A DNA stretch of 63,784 nucleotides, filler included, from Octopus bimaculoides (GCF_001194135.2; 9 parts of 8 records of this genome joined end to end with filler, not necessarily neighbours in it), one strand, 5' to 3'; shown: positions 13,461-26,860, numbered from the whole stretch's first letter. Program-made: numbers and translations. The notes: a model not told the origin generated them from the letters alone.

Positions 13461-14492
13461 ATCGATAATAATAATAAAGGGTAAAATTAATTAATTGATA
13501 ATTAATAATTTTACCAAGTAGTTTGGTATGTTAAAAGAACCATTATCGGTAAACTTATACAAAAGTTTTATAATTATAATTAGGGTTCAGCAAAATTGCT
13601 TCACCACATACCGAAATTTAGAAATAGCAGTTAAAATACTATTCCACTACCATAAGATATCTCCCAGACAGAAATATTCCCAACTCACGCAGGCAAAGAG
13701 AATAAATAACGAATCCACCCGGCTTTGATCAACTATATATGTGTTTCTGGATTAAAGAGATGTAAAATATCATTTTTACTCACTTATTTCCGTCTTCAGT
13801 ATAGTATTTCAATTATAAATTTGACAGTACTAATAATTAAAATATGTATTCAACCAAGCGCCATCGAACAGCTCATATCCAAAAACCAGCACTTTCGAAT
13901 TTATATAGACAAGTGAGAACTCACATTCTTCCCCAATCACCCACGTGTGCTATGAGTAATCCCGCAGAAACTGCAGTTTACTATCAAGGAGTGAATTATA
14001 TTATCATATATATTATCATATCATTATCATATATGATAATATAATTCACTCCCTGATAGTAAACTGCAGTTTCTGCAGGATTACTCATAGCACACATGGG
14101 TGATTGGGGAAGAATGCAAGTTCTCACCTGTCTATATAAATTCGGAAGTACTGGTTTTTGGATATGAGCTGTTCGATGGCGCTTGGTCGAATACATATTT
14201 TAATTATTAGTACTGTCAAATTCATAATTGAAATACTATACTCAAGACGGAAATAAGTGAGTAAAAATGATATTTTACATCTCTTTAATCCAGAAACGTG
14301 TATATAGTTGATCAAAGCCGGGTGGATTTGTTACTTCTTCTCTTTGCCAAGGTGAGTTGTGAGTATTGCTGTCTGGGAGATATCTTATGGTAGTGGAATA
14401 GTATTTTAACTGCTATTTCTAAATTTTGGTATGTGGTGAAGCAATTTTGCTGAACCCTAATTGTAATTATGCTTATAATTATAAAATTTTTG
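13461..14492. mobile_element. Asymmetric palindromic insertion (about 450-bp arms plus about 95-bp unpaired tail) with 16-bp target-site duplication
   Basis: Arms about 13557-14010 and 14030-14494 are reverse complements. TACAATTTCTAATATT occurs at both 13445-13460 and 14493-14508. Confidence 0.8.
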
Positions 14493-15073
14493 TACAATTT
14501 CTAATATTTAAGTATAAAAATATAATGGGATTTCTTAAACATCAAATAGCTATGAGGGTCCACATGAGTGAAATAGGAATCAAAGGGGTTCATAGGCAAA
14601 AAATGGTTGAGAACCTCTGCCTAAGGACGCCACAGTATAACTTTTAACTGAAAACTAGTTAAATTTATGGTTTAAAGAGATTAGATATCTTTTGAATTGC
14701 TACGTAATGGAAGGATGAATGTGAGATTGTCATTAGAGTAAAAGTTTGTGTTCAAAAGATTGGACTTTTGTATAGAAAATGAAAAGGAAAATTGGTCTTC
14801 TAAAAGGGAAATAAACAAAATAAATATTTTACCATTTTCTAACATGTTTCAGGTTTCCACTCTTCATTAGATTTGTACTCACAAGCATTTCAATTTCTCT
14901 AGTGTGTAAATTGTTTACTATTTTTACTTGTGTGTGTGTTAGTCAGAAGAGAAGGGCATTGATCATGACCTTCTTAGGCCAAGGTGCTTGATATGCAGTT
15001 GATTTTATTTCGTGGTTCAGATACATTTCAATAAATATTTAACCATTCACTGAAAATTATCTATTCTTTGTAG

Positions 15074-15216
15074 AAATAATACAAAAGAAACTGTTTCATA
15101 CAAGCCTCCTCAACCTTCTACTTCTCAAGAAACTCCATCAACGCCCAAGACATCTACTCCAAAGCCATCAGGGTCTCAAAATTTTAAGAATTTTGTTCCC
15201 AAATGGTTCAAACTGG
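15074..15216 (+). CDS. ASPSCR1: Penultimate coding exon of TUG/ASPSCR1-like gene (NNTKETVSYKPPQPSTSQETPSTPKTSTPKPSGSQNFKNFVPKWFKL)
   Basis: ctttgtag acceptor and gtaagt donor at 15217; 143 nt, open. Ends in VPKWFKL, the conserved C-terminal PKWxKL motif of TUG/ASPSCR1/Ubx4/PUX1 proteins, preceded by an S/T/P-rich linker. Confidence 0.75.
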
Positions 15217-15469
15217 GTAAGTTTTCATGTATGAAATTTCAAGCATTTGTCATTTTCTAGAATGTGCATATATAGCAACAAGTCCAGTGTTAAGTAGATA
15301 CTATCTGAACTTTCCTGTAGCAAGTGACATAAAACAAAAGTAAAACACCTAGTGTTTTGTGTTTATTATTTAGCTTTCATTTCACTTTCATTGCTAATAT
15401 CTTTTAGAAAAGGCTCTTATAGCTGAATCACTACCAGAACTAGAGAAGTTCCAGGTATGGAAGCAAGAT

Positions 15470-16725
15470 CTGGAATCGAAGGGCCTTAGAATTAACTGAG
15501 CAAAAACCCAAGTCTTTTAGTAAGTAGGAAGGCAGACAAATCACAAATCCCTTCTTGATCTGTAGAAAAGGCGTAGGTAGAAACTCCATAAGATGCACCT
15601 GATGTAAGGTTTGGGCACATAAAAGGTGCAGCAATATCAGAGGAAGGTTAACAGGGAAAATAGCTTTCGTATGTGGAAGATGCACAGATACAATAAACAC
15701 CAAAAATGTATAGAAAATAAACTCCATCAACTGTCAGCAGGTAAGCTAGAGGTAGTAGACAGCTTCCATTATCTAGGTGACCAAGTTAGTAGCAGAGGTG
15801 GATGCTCCAAGAGCGTAGCTGTGAGAATAAGATTAGGCTAGGCAAAGTTCAGAGAGCTCCTACCTCTGCTGGCAACAAAGGGCCTCTCTCTGAGTGAAAG
15901 GCAGATTGTATGGTGCATGCCTGTGTGCGAACAGCTATACTACATGGCAGTGAAACATGAGCTGTGACAGCTGAGGACATGCATAGGCTTGAAAGAAATA
16001 AAGCCAGTATGCTTTGCAGATGTGCAATGTCAGTGTGCATGTTTGACAGAGTGTAAGCATCTTGAGAGAAAAGTTAGGCATAAGAGGCATCAGATGTGGT
16101 GTGCAAGAGAGACAACTGTGCTGATATGGTCACATGATGTGTATGGATGTGGACAGCTGTGTAAAGAAGTGCCAATCTCTAACCATAGAAGGAACCTGTA
16201 GTAGAGGTAGGCCCAGGAAGACATAAGACGAGGTGGTGAAGAACGATCTTTGAACTTTGGGCAATGACTAGTGACTGAGACCTTTGGCAATATGCTGTGC
16301 TTGAGAAGACCCATCAAGCCAAGTGAAATTGTAGTCGTGGCTGATGCTGATGTCATGTAACTGGTACCCATGCCAGTGGCACATAAAAAGCTCTTTTCAA
16401 GCAATGGGCTTCACAGAGGCAAAGTGGCTGAGCTGCTTTTGAATGTTGGGCTTCATGGAGACAATGACAGAGACTTTTGGCATTATGTCATGCTTGAGAA
16501 GAAGACCCATCAAACCGAGAAAAACTGCAGTCATGGCAGATAACGGTGTCACACAGATGGCATGTAAAAGTACCCATTACACTTTCAGAGTGGTTGGCAT
16601 TAGGAAGAGCATGCAGCCATAGAAACCATGCCAAATAAGAATGGAGTCTGGTGCAGCCTTCCAGCTTACCAACCCTGGTCAAACCATCCAGCCCATGCCA
16701 GCATAGACAACAGACGTTAAATGAT
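15470..16725 (+). mobile_element. Decayed 3' portion of an RTE-clade LINE with its 3' UTR/SINE-shared tail (intron of the TUG-like gene)
   Basis: Broken frames give DLESKGLRIN, LEVVDSFHYLGDQVSSRGGCSKSVAVRIRLG and ILHGSET, typical of the RTE RT C-terminal region. Ends in the ggttggcattaggaag...gacgttaaatgatg tail. Confidence 0.8.
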
Positions 16726-17545
16726 GGTCTTTTAGAAAAGGTATAAACATCACAACAGTTTATCCTCTTTAGATTGTAAATATGTAATAAAATAATTCTT
16801 GAAATACTTATTATAATTCTTGTATAGTTCTGTGGGCCCTGATAAAGTCAGATCTATAACTTTTCAAGAGGAATGTACGTATGGTTTTGACATGGTATTT
16901 CCATCTTTCCTATTGAATAATAGAAATTTGGCTTCACTGTATTTTTTTTAACAAGGATATCATTGCATCATGAATTTCTGACAGCCCATCATGAAAACAA
17001 GATATCTCTTTCTACATTACCTGGCATGCATTTCTTATCTCTGAAATTGCAGCCAGGTCTCTTGCCAAGAGGATTGTTATTGATTTTGTAGAATCCTACT
17101 ACTTGCAGCTCTCACCAAAAAAAGGTTCTATAAAGTAATTCTCCAGCTGATCAAGCCACTGCATTTGCTGCCTATCTTACTTCCAACTCTATAGTCAGTA
17201 AAATCCCTTTCCTAATTCTTATCTTTTAGACCACTTCCTTCAACACCACATGTACATAATCATCAAGTGTGAATTCTCATTTGATCATTTCAACCTTCTA
17301 ACATTGTGCTTCCCATTAACCTCTAACAATACATCCCAGTGACCTGTCTACCAAATTCTTTTCAGTTTTGAAGGATAGATCCTGTTCTACAGAAAGGCAT
17401 GGCTGTGTGGTAAGAAGTTTGCTTCCCAACCACATGGTTCTGGGTTCAGTCCTTCTGTGTGGCACCTTGGGCAAGTGTCTTCTACTATAGACTCAGACTA
17501 ACCAGTCTTGAGAGTGGATTTTTTAAGACGGAAACTGAAAGAAGC

Positions 17546-17582
<37 letters not shown>

Positions 17583-17583
<1 letters not shown>

Positions 17584-18064
17584 GATGGTTTGTTGCTAAC
17601 TTAATGTGGCAGTCCCAGGAAAGGGAAGACTGCTACTGCTATTTAGCCCCAAGAAACACCATTTCTAGTTGGCTATGTGACATAAGCATTCTGTGTCCTT
17701 AAGTTTTCAAACTGGAAATAAACACTTCCAGCCAACAAAGCCAGCATCCAGAGACTAGTTTCAGGGTAGTTGCCTTTCATCAGTCTGGAGTAGCTTGGCT
17801 TTGCGAGCTGTCGGTGCTAAATCGCTGCTGAAAACATTGAATTTCATGTGAAATAAATTCACTGATCTACAAAATTAGAAATATTGCATTTCTAAATCTC
17901 TCAGAGAGAGTTATACAGTAGCAGCACGATAAAGTGATGCTTTGTTGCCAACTTAATGTGGCAGTCCCAGGAAAGAGAAGAACACTACTACTATTTAGCC
18001 CCAAGAAACACTGTTTCTAATTGGCTACGTGACACAAGCATTCTGTGTCCTTAGGTTTTCAAAC
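17583..18064 (-). mobile_element. Penelope-like partial tandem (two about 130-bp direct repeats flanking a hammerhead)
   Basis: 17583-17712 matches 17934-18064; the hammerhead at 17747-17789 lies between them. Same family as the 6.8 kb foldback. Confidence 0.65.
17747..17789 (-). ncRNA. Minimal type-I hammerhead ribozyme motif
   Basis: Minus strand reads TCCAGA CTGATGA AAGG-CAACTA-CCCT GAAA CTAG TC TCTGGA: perfect 6-bp stem I, full core, palindromic stem III, GUC cleavage triplet. Confidence 0.75.
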
Positions 18065-18963
18065 ATCCTACAAATGCTTGACTTTACAATCTATGTCTAT
18101 AACATTGCGTATTTCATCTTCAAATTAGGCTTCCATTTCAGGACTAGAAAATACTTCAGGTCTGATCAATAGTTCACCTCTACCATATTAGAATCCTGTT
18201 CACATGTTTGAAGCTAGCACTAATACTTCACACACAGACATCCAAAACAAAAAGGCATTTTGAATGATTGGCAAAGATTTTCTAATATACTTGATACTTT
18301 AACTCACAGAAATACTGTTTCTTCTCTCTTTCTGATCTCTCCATTGCAATAACCTCTGCTCTTCTAAACTAACAAGCAACCTACCCTCTCCGTTCAAACC
18401 CACCCAACTCATCTTGCTCTTCTTTCATCAAAAAACAACCTAGATAATGTGGTCCTACATACCCCTAAAGACACAATATACTCAATGTTAGAATGCCTTT
18501 GATCATAAACTGCTTGATTTCAGTTGGCCTGGGGTTCAACAAAACCAGCAACCAGCTACAACTTTTTGATAACTTTATTAATGGTGAAAGGATGAAAAAT
18601 TATGTTGACTTGAAGTACAATTTAGTCTCATAGCCATATACTGCCAAAATGTTCATCAATTATAGACTAAGTGAGCAAACAGTTTTCCTTGTTGCCTTAA
18701 ATGGAACAGAATAAATAATTGAGAATTTCTCCAGCCTATGAGAGGAGTAGAGCTGTTTCTGATAAAATTAGATACAAACTTGAGCAGTTTAAAATTTTGG
18801 ATGAAAATCAGGATAAAATAAACTATTGAAAACACTGAACAATGGGAGCAGTGTGATTTCTGAAAATGATTAAGTGAATAACAATTTAAGATAAGAATCT
18901 GAATAGTATTTATAATTTGACCTTTAATATTAAGTTTTAATTTTTTTATTTTTACTCTTCCAG

Positions 18964-18974
18964 GTCAAAAATAA
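18964..18974 (+). CDS. ASPSCR1: Terminal coding exon of TUG/ASPSCR1-like gene (G-Q-K-stop), followed by 3' UTR
   Basis: tttttactcttccag acceptor. The phase-1 junction G|GT CAA AAA TAA completes ...PKWFKLGQK*. AT-rich UTR-like sequence follows. Confidence 0.65.
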
Positions 18975-19109
18975 CACAGCTTCCAGCAAAAATGGTTGAA
19001 ACTAATTAGAAAATATCTTACTGACAAGTTGAGATATTTTCATTTCTATTTTATGAATTAAATTGTTACATAAGTCTTACCAACCAAGTTGGTTTTGTAA
19101 TGGTATTTC

Positions 19110-19144
<35 letters not shown>

Positions 19145-19361
19145 ACAGGGTGAGTTTTAGTTACTTTTTTTTTTCTGAAGTTCTTAAGGCTCTTCTATAA
19201 TTATTATACATGTTTCTACTGCTTTAATGAACAGAAATAACTGTACACTGAGTAAAATAATTTTTGCTTTCTTTGTTGATATTCAGTTAAGCTCAGACGT
19301 TTTAGCCCAGAAATAAGCTTCTATTTATGGACTAAAATTGCTGGCATTTTACAAAAATAGA

Positions 19362-19374
19362 AATAAAAAATAAA
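19362..19374 (+). terminator. Candidate polyadenylation signals (two AATAAA) for the TUG-like gene
   Basis: AATAAA at 19362 and 19369, about 390 nt after the stop. Further AATAAA hexamers near 19.6 and 19.9 kb make the true site undeterminable. Confidence 0.3.
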
Positions 19375-19792
19375 CTGTTAATGAATTATGTTCATGATAA
19401 CAAAAGAAGCAAGTGATAATTATTGCAGATACCAAAGACTTTTCTCAAATATAGTGTTTCCAGCTCTAGAAATAGAACCTTGTGATACTTTACATAACTA
19501 CTTGCATAACATAGAATGAATATTCTATTCACATCCCATACTATTTATATGCATACACACACGGCAGAAGCTGCTTATTGTAATAACTTTTTTGATAACA
19601 TGAAGCAAATAAAGAATTTGACATCAAGTTCAATAGGAAAATGCTTAATAACGTTATTCATGATAGTTTGAGATCCAGCAATTTTAACAAAAAAACAGTT
19701 AAGATAATTTGTACTTTATAATATGCAACTTCCAGTGAAAATATTACTTAGATATATGTATTATACTTAATCATTGACACTTAATTAAGATA

Positions 19793-19841
<49 letters not shown>

Positions 19842-22800
19842 AATACAAATACAACTGTTTGATTTTTTTCCCATCATGTTATTTTTGTGAGATTTTAATT
19901 AATGTATTTCTATTTTCCTGTCATAAATAAATGAATGGATACATGCTATGTTTTTTAATAGTGTATAAACTGAAATAAAATATTTCAATGGGACTTCAAG
20001 ACTGTGAAGTGTTTGATTAATTGTATTCTACAAAAATTATAAAGAATTTATCCTTGAATATAAATAAGTTAATCTTTCAGTGAAAATATATATCATCATC
20101 ATTTAACATCTATTTTCCATGCTGACATGTGAATGTTTATATATATAAATATATATACATTGTATATATATATAAATACCCTCACATACACTCACATACA
20201 GATATCATCATCATCGTTTAACGTCCGCTTTCCATGCTAGCATGGGTTGGATGATTTGACTGAGGACTGGTGAACCAGATGGCTATACTAGGCTCTAATC
20301 TGATTTGGCAGAGTTTCTACAGTTGGATGCCCTTCCTAACGCCAACCACTATATATATATATATACTAGCAGAGGCACCCGGCGTTGCTCGGGAATGAAA
20401 TTCTTGCTTATGTACTTGAAGAAAAAAAGGCAAAATATGCTGTATAGAAATTTGAGAGGACATTCTGTAGATGGACTCTCAGATGAATGATGGCTGGGCG
20501 CCTCATGAATGGGGNNNNNNNNNNNNNNNNNNNNNNNNNNNNNNNNNNNNNNNNNNNNNNNNNNNNNNNNNNNNNNNNNNNNNNNNNNNNNNNNNNNNNN
20601 NNNNNNNNNNNNNNNNNNNNNNNNNNNNNNNNNNNNNNNNNNNNNNNNNNNNNNNNNNNNNNNNNNNNNNNNNNNNNNNNNNNNNNNNNNNNNNNNNNNN
20701 NNNNNNNNNNNNNNNNNNNNNNNNNNNNNNNNNNNNNNNNNNNNNNNNNNNNNNNNNNNNNNNNNNNNNNNNNNNNNNNNNNNNNNNNNNNNNNNNNNNN
20801 NNNNNNNNNNNNNNNNNNNNNNNNNNNNNNNNNNNNNNNNNNNNNNNNNNNNNNNNNNNNNNNNNNNNNNNNNNNNNNNNNNNNNNNNNNNNNNNNNNNN
20901 NNNNNNNNNNNNNNNNNNNNNNNNNNNNNNNNNNNNTGTGTATGTAGTATTTACTCTCTCTCTCTCTCTCATACACACGAACACACAAAATAGAGAGTGA
21001 AGCTTTTTTTGGCTTTGTTACGTCAATACTGGAAGTTGACATTGAGGAACCTTTTTAAAGAAGTGAATCTTAAATATAAAGCAATATTATTTATTTTTAA
21101 TTAAAAAAATCAAATGAAGAGCCCAAGATTTATCCGAGGTCAAATTATTCACGCATCACAAGTATGGAAGCATTTGGTGAAGTCGATTTCACGTGAAAAG
21201 CGATTACACACACATCTCTGTTTTATATATAGTATAGATATATATATATAGCACAGGTCTTCTCAAGAAGACCTGTACTTCGCAGCAGAAATGTTAAGGC
21301 TGCTCCTTCTGGTGGTGTAAAGTATTCATGGCGGTGTCACATAAAAGTGCCATGTAAAAGTACTGGTGCAGCAGCACATAAAAGCGCATATGCAGTGTCC
21401 ATGCAGTGCCACATGAAAGCACATGTGTGGTGTGGTGCCATGTAAAAGCACCCAGCACACTCTGTAAAGTGGTTGTTATTAGGAGGGGCATCCAGCCATA
21501 GAAATCATGCCAAATCCGACGGGTCTGTTGCAGCTTGCCAGCTCTGGTCACACTGTCCAACCCATGCCAGCATGGACAATGGATGTTAAATGATGATGAT
21601 GATATAATACATATGTCATCATCACTTAAAGCCCCTTTTCCATGCTGGTATAGGTTGGGTGAATCAGAGAACTAAGCTGAGCTGTAGTATCTGATTTGAC
21701 ATGGTCTCTAGAGCTGGATGCCCTTCCTAATGCCAACCACTTTACAGAGTGTACTGGGTGCTTTTTTTAGTTTGTGGCACTAGCACTGAGGTCATGACAT
21801 ATTTGCAAGACGAGCCCCTCTCAGCCAAGGGGGGTGTAGTATTGCAGAAGGTGAAAGTATGACAGAAGGACAGGATCAGGTGTCTAGTTGAAGAAGGGAT
21901 ACATGGCTTCCCCATCTGAAAAGAGAGAAAGAGATGGTGGAGAGCATGCCCTCAAGGTATAAGGTGAATACAAGAAAGAGAGAGAAAAGTGTAGGACAGA
22001 AAAGGTGAGAGTTCCCTCAATCACCTTCATATTTCCACCCATTCACAAAGTATGTCCCCTTCTTTTAATTTAATCTTTTTTTTTTTTTTTGACAGCTGAA
22101 CAGTAGCCCTCATTCTAGTTCAATGTGCTAAAGTACTATAACTCAGTTTGTGTTGAAAATCATAGTCATATAGGTCAGATAATTATTATGAAATATAAAA
22201 AGTGAAAATTTTATTGTTAATTTTCAATTAGAAGAGGTCATTTCTCAGAAATTCAATATGGTCATAGCTGAATCTGACAACAAAATGGTGAAAAGGCTCA
22301 GTCAATAAAGAGGGTGGCATTACCATGCCTGCTTGTATAGGATTAATGCATACAGACGCTATTTATTGAACTGATGCCGGAAGAGGTCAAATGGAACATG
22401 ACTTCCAAGGCTTCAATCAGAATTTCAAAAAATGCACTAAAGTAAGTCTTTTAGAACCCAAAATTAGCATATATTTTTCATATTGAGAATATTGTTTATT
22501 CCTTCTCACTGTTTTAATGTGTGGAGAGTGATATCCAAATTTTAACTTGTGGATATTCTTGTAGATGTAAATTTCATTTTCCTTTGAGAAATATTAGTCA
22601 AATTTTGCCAATAAAAATTATTGTGCAATGAACATTATTTTGTAGACTATTAAAATCCAATGGAGCTTTTTTTTTTTTTTTTTTTTTTTTTTCAAAAATT
22701 GTGAATACAGACAGATAATTTGTAGTAGTGTTTACATTCATTTTGGGTTTTCTTTTCTCTCCCTCCTATTAACAAGTTTGTTGTAAGTTACAGATGCTTT

Positions 22801-23929
22801 TAATACTTTTAGTTTGTTTTTAATGCTAAAGCAAGGAATTTAGTTTTCACATTTTGTTTTGTTTTTTAATCTAGATCTACAATGCAATTCTGAGATAGGT
22901 TGTGGGGATGTGCTAGAAACAGATAAATCTCCCTTAAATCACACACCCTTACATTTGAAAATATTTTCAAATGTTTTATATTTTTTTTTAACCAAAATGC
23001 TTTCTCCCATCATTTTTAAGTGCATAGTGCAAAAAAAAATTGACCAAAATTGGCCTGAATGATGAGATGAAGAAAAGCGGGGATGTGAAAAAGAAATATC
23101 AATTTTCAAAAATTTCTTTTTATAAAAAGTTTCCCCACCCCCACCCCTCATTATTTCCAAGGCTGTAGTGAAAAGGAAAAGATTGGAAAAATAGGAGAAA
23201 ATCCAACTTAATGGGTGTCTTGATCCAAAACTCTGCAGTTTATAGCTATTTTAATAGTCCATTAAAATTTTATTGAAATGGTATCATATCGCCAAAGCTT
23301 GGGATTTATTCCTATACCTACTACAGATGTGCCAAAACTCAACTCCCTGTGGCTTGTACTTTTGGGATTTAATTAGGTCTAAAAACACTGAGAAAGTGAC
23401 TGTTTGTTACATGTAACACTATGGGCTCTACATAAATATTTTTAAAATTATCACAAAAATGTTTTCTTTTCAAGAACCTGGTAAAAAATTAGGCAACTGC
23501 TATACCAGGGATACTCTTAATTTGTGTAATTTGAAGATGATTATCACCTCAGTTTCAAAGATATGACATAACAAATATGCCAACTAGGTAAGATTTCAAC
23601 CAATTCGCTGACCATTCAAATTGTCATATTTCCTTAAGTATTAAAACAAATTTCACAAATGAGGTATCAAAATGTTTCTTTTTAGATGGTTTCCAAAGAA
23701 AAAGGTACAGTAGAAATTAGATTTAAATATTTTCAAAAATTCATCGTGACACCTATTATTAGCGATGGGGATTGAAGTGAATGCAGTAAATATCAGTTGT
23801 GAGGTATGAAGGAAATAGGAGTGAGTCAAGAAGGAGATGGAAAAGACAATAACAAGGATACAATATGAGGTACAGGGAGATAAATGGTAAAATTTACAGC
23901 ACCTGAGTGAGTAGTAATGCAGTTAGTAA

Positions 23930-24830
23930 ATTGATAGACAGATGGATGTTAGAAGATAAGTTATGGGGAAAAGCTTGACAGTACCTCATCTTTTGGTGAG
24001 TTGGGTGGGTCTTGCAAAGCATATCTTGACCCTTTGTCATCTCTGTGAGGCATCAAACTATCTACTACCTCTGAGAATTCTCCCAAGCATTCTAAAAAAT
24101 CGACTTCCTATATGCTCTTATGGTATATTGCCTCTACACATATGTCAGAACATCTACTTTTTCTATTAACCTTACTGTGATTCCACTGCATCTCTTATAT
24201 GTCTACAGTTTGTACTAGGTACAGTATATGAAATTTCTACCTACACTTTTGGGTCATTTACCTAAAGGGATTAGCATCCAGTCTGTTTTTTTGCTTACCA
24301 GAACTTTAATCTTTGCTAAATTAACTTTAAGGCCCATTGATTCCAGGTTTTGCTTGTACACCTACAATTTCATTTCTAATACAGTTTCAGCTAGAAGAAC
24401 AAGGTCATAAGTATAGAGAAGTTCCCATGGGCAGCTAGTCTTAAATTCCTGTTATGGCATGGAAGACTGATAAACAGTTGGGGACTTAAAACTGAACTCT
24501 GAACTTCTAGCTGCACACTAATTCAGTGCTGTACTTGTTGCTAACTCTCACCTTACTGATAGCATCCCTGTTCATGATTTGAACAACTCTCACCAACCAT
24601 TTATTTACTTCTAGCATCTGGAGTGACCACCAGTTCAGGGACTAAGGGACTTTGTCAAAGCTTTCTACAAATCGACAAATTTTAAGTACAATGGTTTGGT
24701 TTTGGTAAATACTTCTCTTGCTGCTGCCTTACTAAAAGAGAGCATCAGTTGTACTTCTCCCAAGCATGAAACCAAATTGCATCCCATCTAGGTTAATTTT
24801 CTTCCTAATGAATTGAGCTATATATATATT
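23930..24830 (-). mobile_element. Decayed RTE-clade LINE reverse-transcriptase fragment
   Basis: Minus-strand broken frames give GRSTTDALF, SFDKVP..WWS, WLVRVVQ, SVLSPQLF and NLESMGLKVNLAK. Confidence 0.7.
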
Positions 24831-24847
24831 AATGTACACAGTATATA

Positions 24848-26342
24848 CACCCAGAACCACACTAATAACTTAGGAGTGAAATTTAGGATTTCTCGGTTTT
24901 CTGAAAATCGATTTTGGTAAAACTTTTCCCAGCTGGTTTGCACACTATGACAACACCATTGTTATGTTTTCATTATTCTGTGTAACGTCCTTTCTTTTTT
25001 ATTTCAGATTCTTCAGTTTTTGAGTGAGCCACACTAATAGCTTTTGAATGAAAATTACCCTTCATTTTCTGAAAATGAAGAGTAATGATAAATATTAAGA
25101 ATACATTGAGTTAACAGAAAACCGTAATAATATCATAACATTTATTGACATACTGAATTATTTAGCCTCATGAGCACCATTTTGATGCATAACTTCAAAA
25201 ACCCTGTTAGTCATGGAATCTGTCAATTCCTTAATCGTAGCAGGTTGGACTGCTTCTGCTGCAGCTTTGATAGTTGTCCACAAGACATTTTTCAACATAA
25301 ATTGGCATCCATTGGCATAAACATCTTGTTTAATGATAGATCAAAGATTTTTGGTAGGGTTGAGATCCAGGGATGCTAGTGGCCACACCATCACCCTTTC
25401 ATCTTGTATGCCATAAGACCCTAGCATACAAGACCACTCTGGGTGGTCCTAGCAGAGTGGAAGGGAGTGTTGTCATGAATATGAGATTCCTTAAAAGTGA
25501 CATCAGTATGTCATCTAGCCAGGGATCCAAGACCTCCTTCAGGAGATTGCAGTAGGCGACTGCAGTCACTTTAACCTCTTTAGGCATCCTGACTGGGCCA
25601 ACAAGTCTGTCCCCAACAATACCAACCCACAACATGACTCCTCCACCCTGTTGTTGACATCGTAAACATTGGTAATGCTCATCTCCAAAACAGAACCAAC
25701 CATTTGCCCAACTGTCAGGTTCATCAAGGGTCAGTAAACAGAACACAATTCATGTCTAATGTCATGTACTTTTGGGCCCATTGAAGCCTCAAACTCTTGT
25801 GAGGAAGCAGTTTCAGGGGTTCTCACATGGAAGCCATGGTCCCAAGGATGCGATTTCTGGTGGTTTTCAGTACATGAGGAAGTTCAGAGGTGATGAAAAT
25901 AGCTTTATTTGTTTGTCCAGGTTTCCCATGTAACTTGCGGCCAATATTCCTTAAATCTCTAGCTGTCACAGTCTTGGAGGTACCACAATCAGATCAGTTC
26001 TTCCTTGGCGCACATGTTGCTGAATAATCCATTATGCCAGTAAATGTTATAATATTATTATGGCTTTCTGTTAAATATATACTCAATGTAAGCTTAATAT
26101 GTATCATTACCCTTCATATTCTGAAAAAAATTGTCTAGATGGACTATTTTCCTTCAAAAGCTATTAGCATGGTTCATCCAAAAACTGAAGAATCTAAAAG
26201 GACATTACACAGAATAATGAAAACATAACAATGGTGTTGCCATAGTGTGCAAACCAGCTGGGAAAAGTTTTATCAGAATCGATTCACAGAAAACTAAGAA
26301 ATCCTAAATTTCACTCCTAAATTATTAGCGTAGTTTTGGGTG
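24848..26342 (-). mobile_element. Tc1-like DNA transposon (about 1.5 kb, degenerate transposase)
   Basis: About 120-bp terminal inverted repeats (24848-24970 and 26221-26342) with TA flanks. Minus-strand peptide includes QQQGGGVMLWVGIVGDRLVGP and YCNLLKEVLDPWL. Confidence 0.8.
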
Positions 26343-26349
26343 TAGTTGT

Positions 26350-26860
26350 GAACTTCTAACAGTTTCATACATTGAAGAAATCCTTTAGGCTGGTTTTATA
26401 CACACACTCCAGCAATGGAAAGTACTATGCCAACTTGCCGAAGCAGTTATGAAAAGCTATCAAGACCAAATGCCCAGGAAAACTGACAAAAGGTGTCTTG
26501 ATTCATTAGGGCAATGCTCTAGCACACAAGTCCTTGGTTTCAATGGCTGCTGTGCATGACTGGCTTTGAACTGGTTGAACAGCCTCCCAATACTCCTGAT
26601 TTGACCTCATCTGACTATCATCTGTTCCCTAATATGAAAAAACACTTGGCTGAGAACCAGTATCACAGTGATGATGATGATGTTATATCTGCTGTTGAAG
26701 ACTTTTTTGATCAACAGAATGAAAGCTTCTTCACCAAGCACTGAAATACTGATGGATGAAGTGTAGACCACAAGAGGGATTTTGTTGAAAAATAAACCTC
26801 ATTTGGTCACATTCCATGAGAGTATCTTGGACAGCCTATGAACTTTTCAGCCAACCCTCA
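26350..26860 (+). mobile_element. mariner transposon 3' fragment
   Basis: PPNTPDLTSSDYHLFPNMKKHL matches the mariner YSPDLAPSDYHLF motif; terminal ...aacttttcagccaaccctc follows. Confidence 0.8.

Noticed and set aside
13945-13990. CTATGAG...GAAA-CTGCAG-TT in the 13.5 kb palindrome
   Set aside because: The core lacks G5 and there is no stem I pairing, so it cannot be called a hammerhead.
22097-22440. Strong plus-strand acceptor at 22096 and gtaagt donor at 22441
   Set aside because: Stops in all frames after the acceptor, no recognisable product, and no partner exons.
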